Shown here: one piece after another, positions 7,888 to 7,902 of the stretch
How the letters are laid out: each line of letters starts with the position of its first letter
How positions within the stretch are numbered: position 1 is the first letter of the stretch
Assembly: GCA_000388065.2 (NCBI GenBank)
Contig: KB932214.1
Length of the DNA stretch: 7,902 nt
From: Fonticula alba ATCC 38817
Taxonomy: Eukaryota; Protista; Nucleariida
Reading direction: 5' to 3' (one strand)
The notes under the pieces: model-generated
Told to the model about the DNA's origin: nothing
Database searches by the model: none
The model's input: the letters and a program-made list of their open reading frames with translations, nothing else
Made by a program: the position numbers and the translations under genes

Positions 7888-7902
7888 CTGTGGGGGGGGG
7901 GG
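7888..7902 (-). other. 3' end of an intron (poly-C + ACAG acceptor)
   Basis: cccccccccccacag immediately before the exon 5 frame. Confidence 0.8.

Overview
Very GC-rich eukaryotic genomic DNA, probably a unicellular eukaryote (lineage not determinable here). It consists of three sequence blocks separated by two N-gaps: A 1-3772, B 4753-5998 and C 6330-7902. All convincing coding sequence is on the minus strand and belongs to one spliced gene for a large, low-complexity-rich TBC1D24/Skywalker-type protein (non-canonical TBC/Rab-GAP-fold domain followed by a TLDc domain). Five exons can be defined from GT..AG sites and frame: 3622-916, 792-269, 5856-5698, 5483-4944 and 7887-6376. Together they give 5442 nt (1814 codons), incomplete at the 3' end. 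The blocks lie in the wrong order for a minus-strand gene. The strand reads C, B, A, but the protein only makes sense as A, B, C, and both inter-block joins restore contiguous TBC motifs in frame. A scaffolding order/orientation error is the most likely cause; a genuinely scrambled or trans-spliced gene is the alternative to exclude. The long plus-strand ORFs are antisense shadows. No RNA genes, CRISPR arrays or mobile elements are supported. Comparisons with human TBC1D24 are from memory, not from a search.
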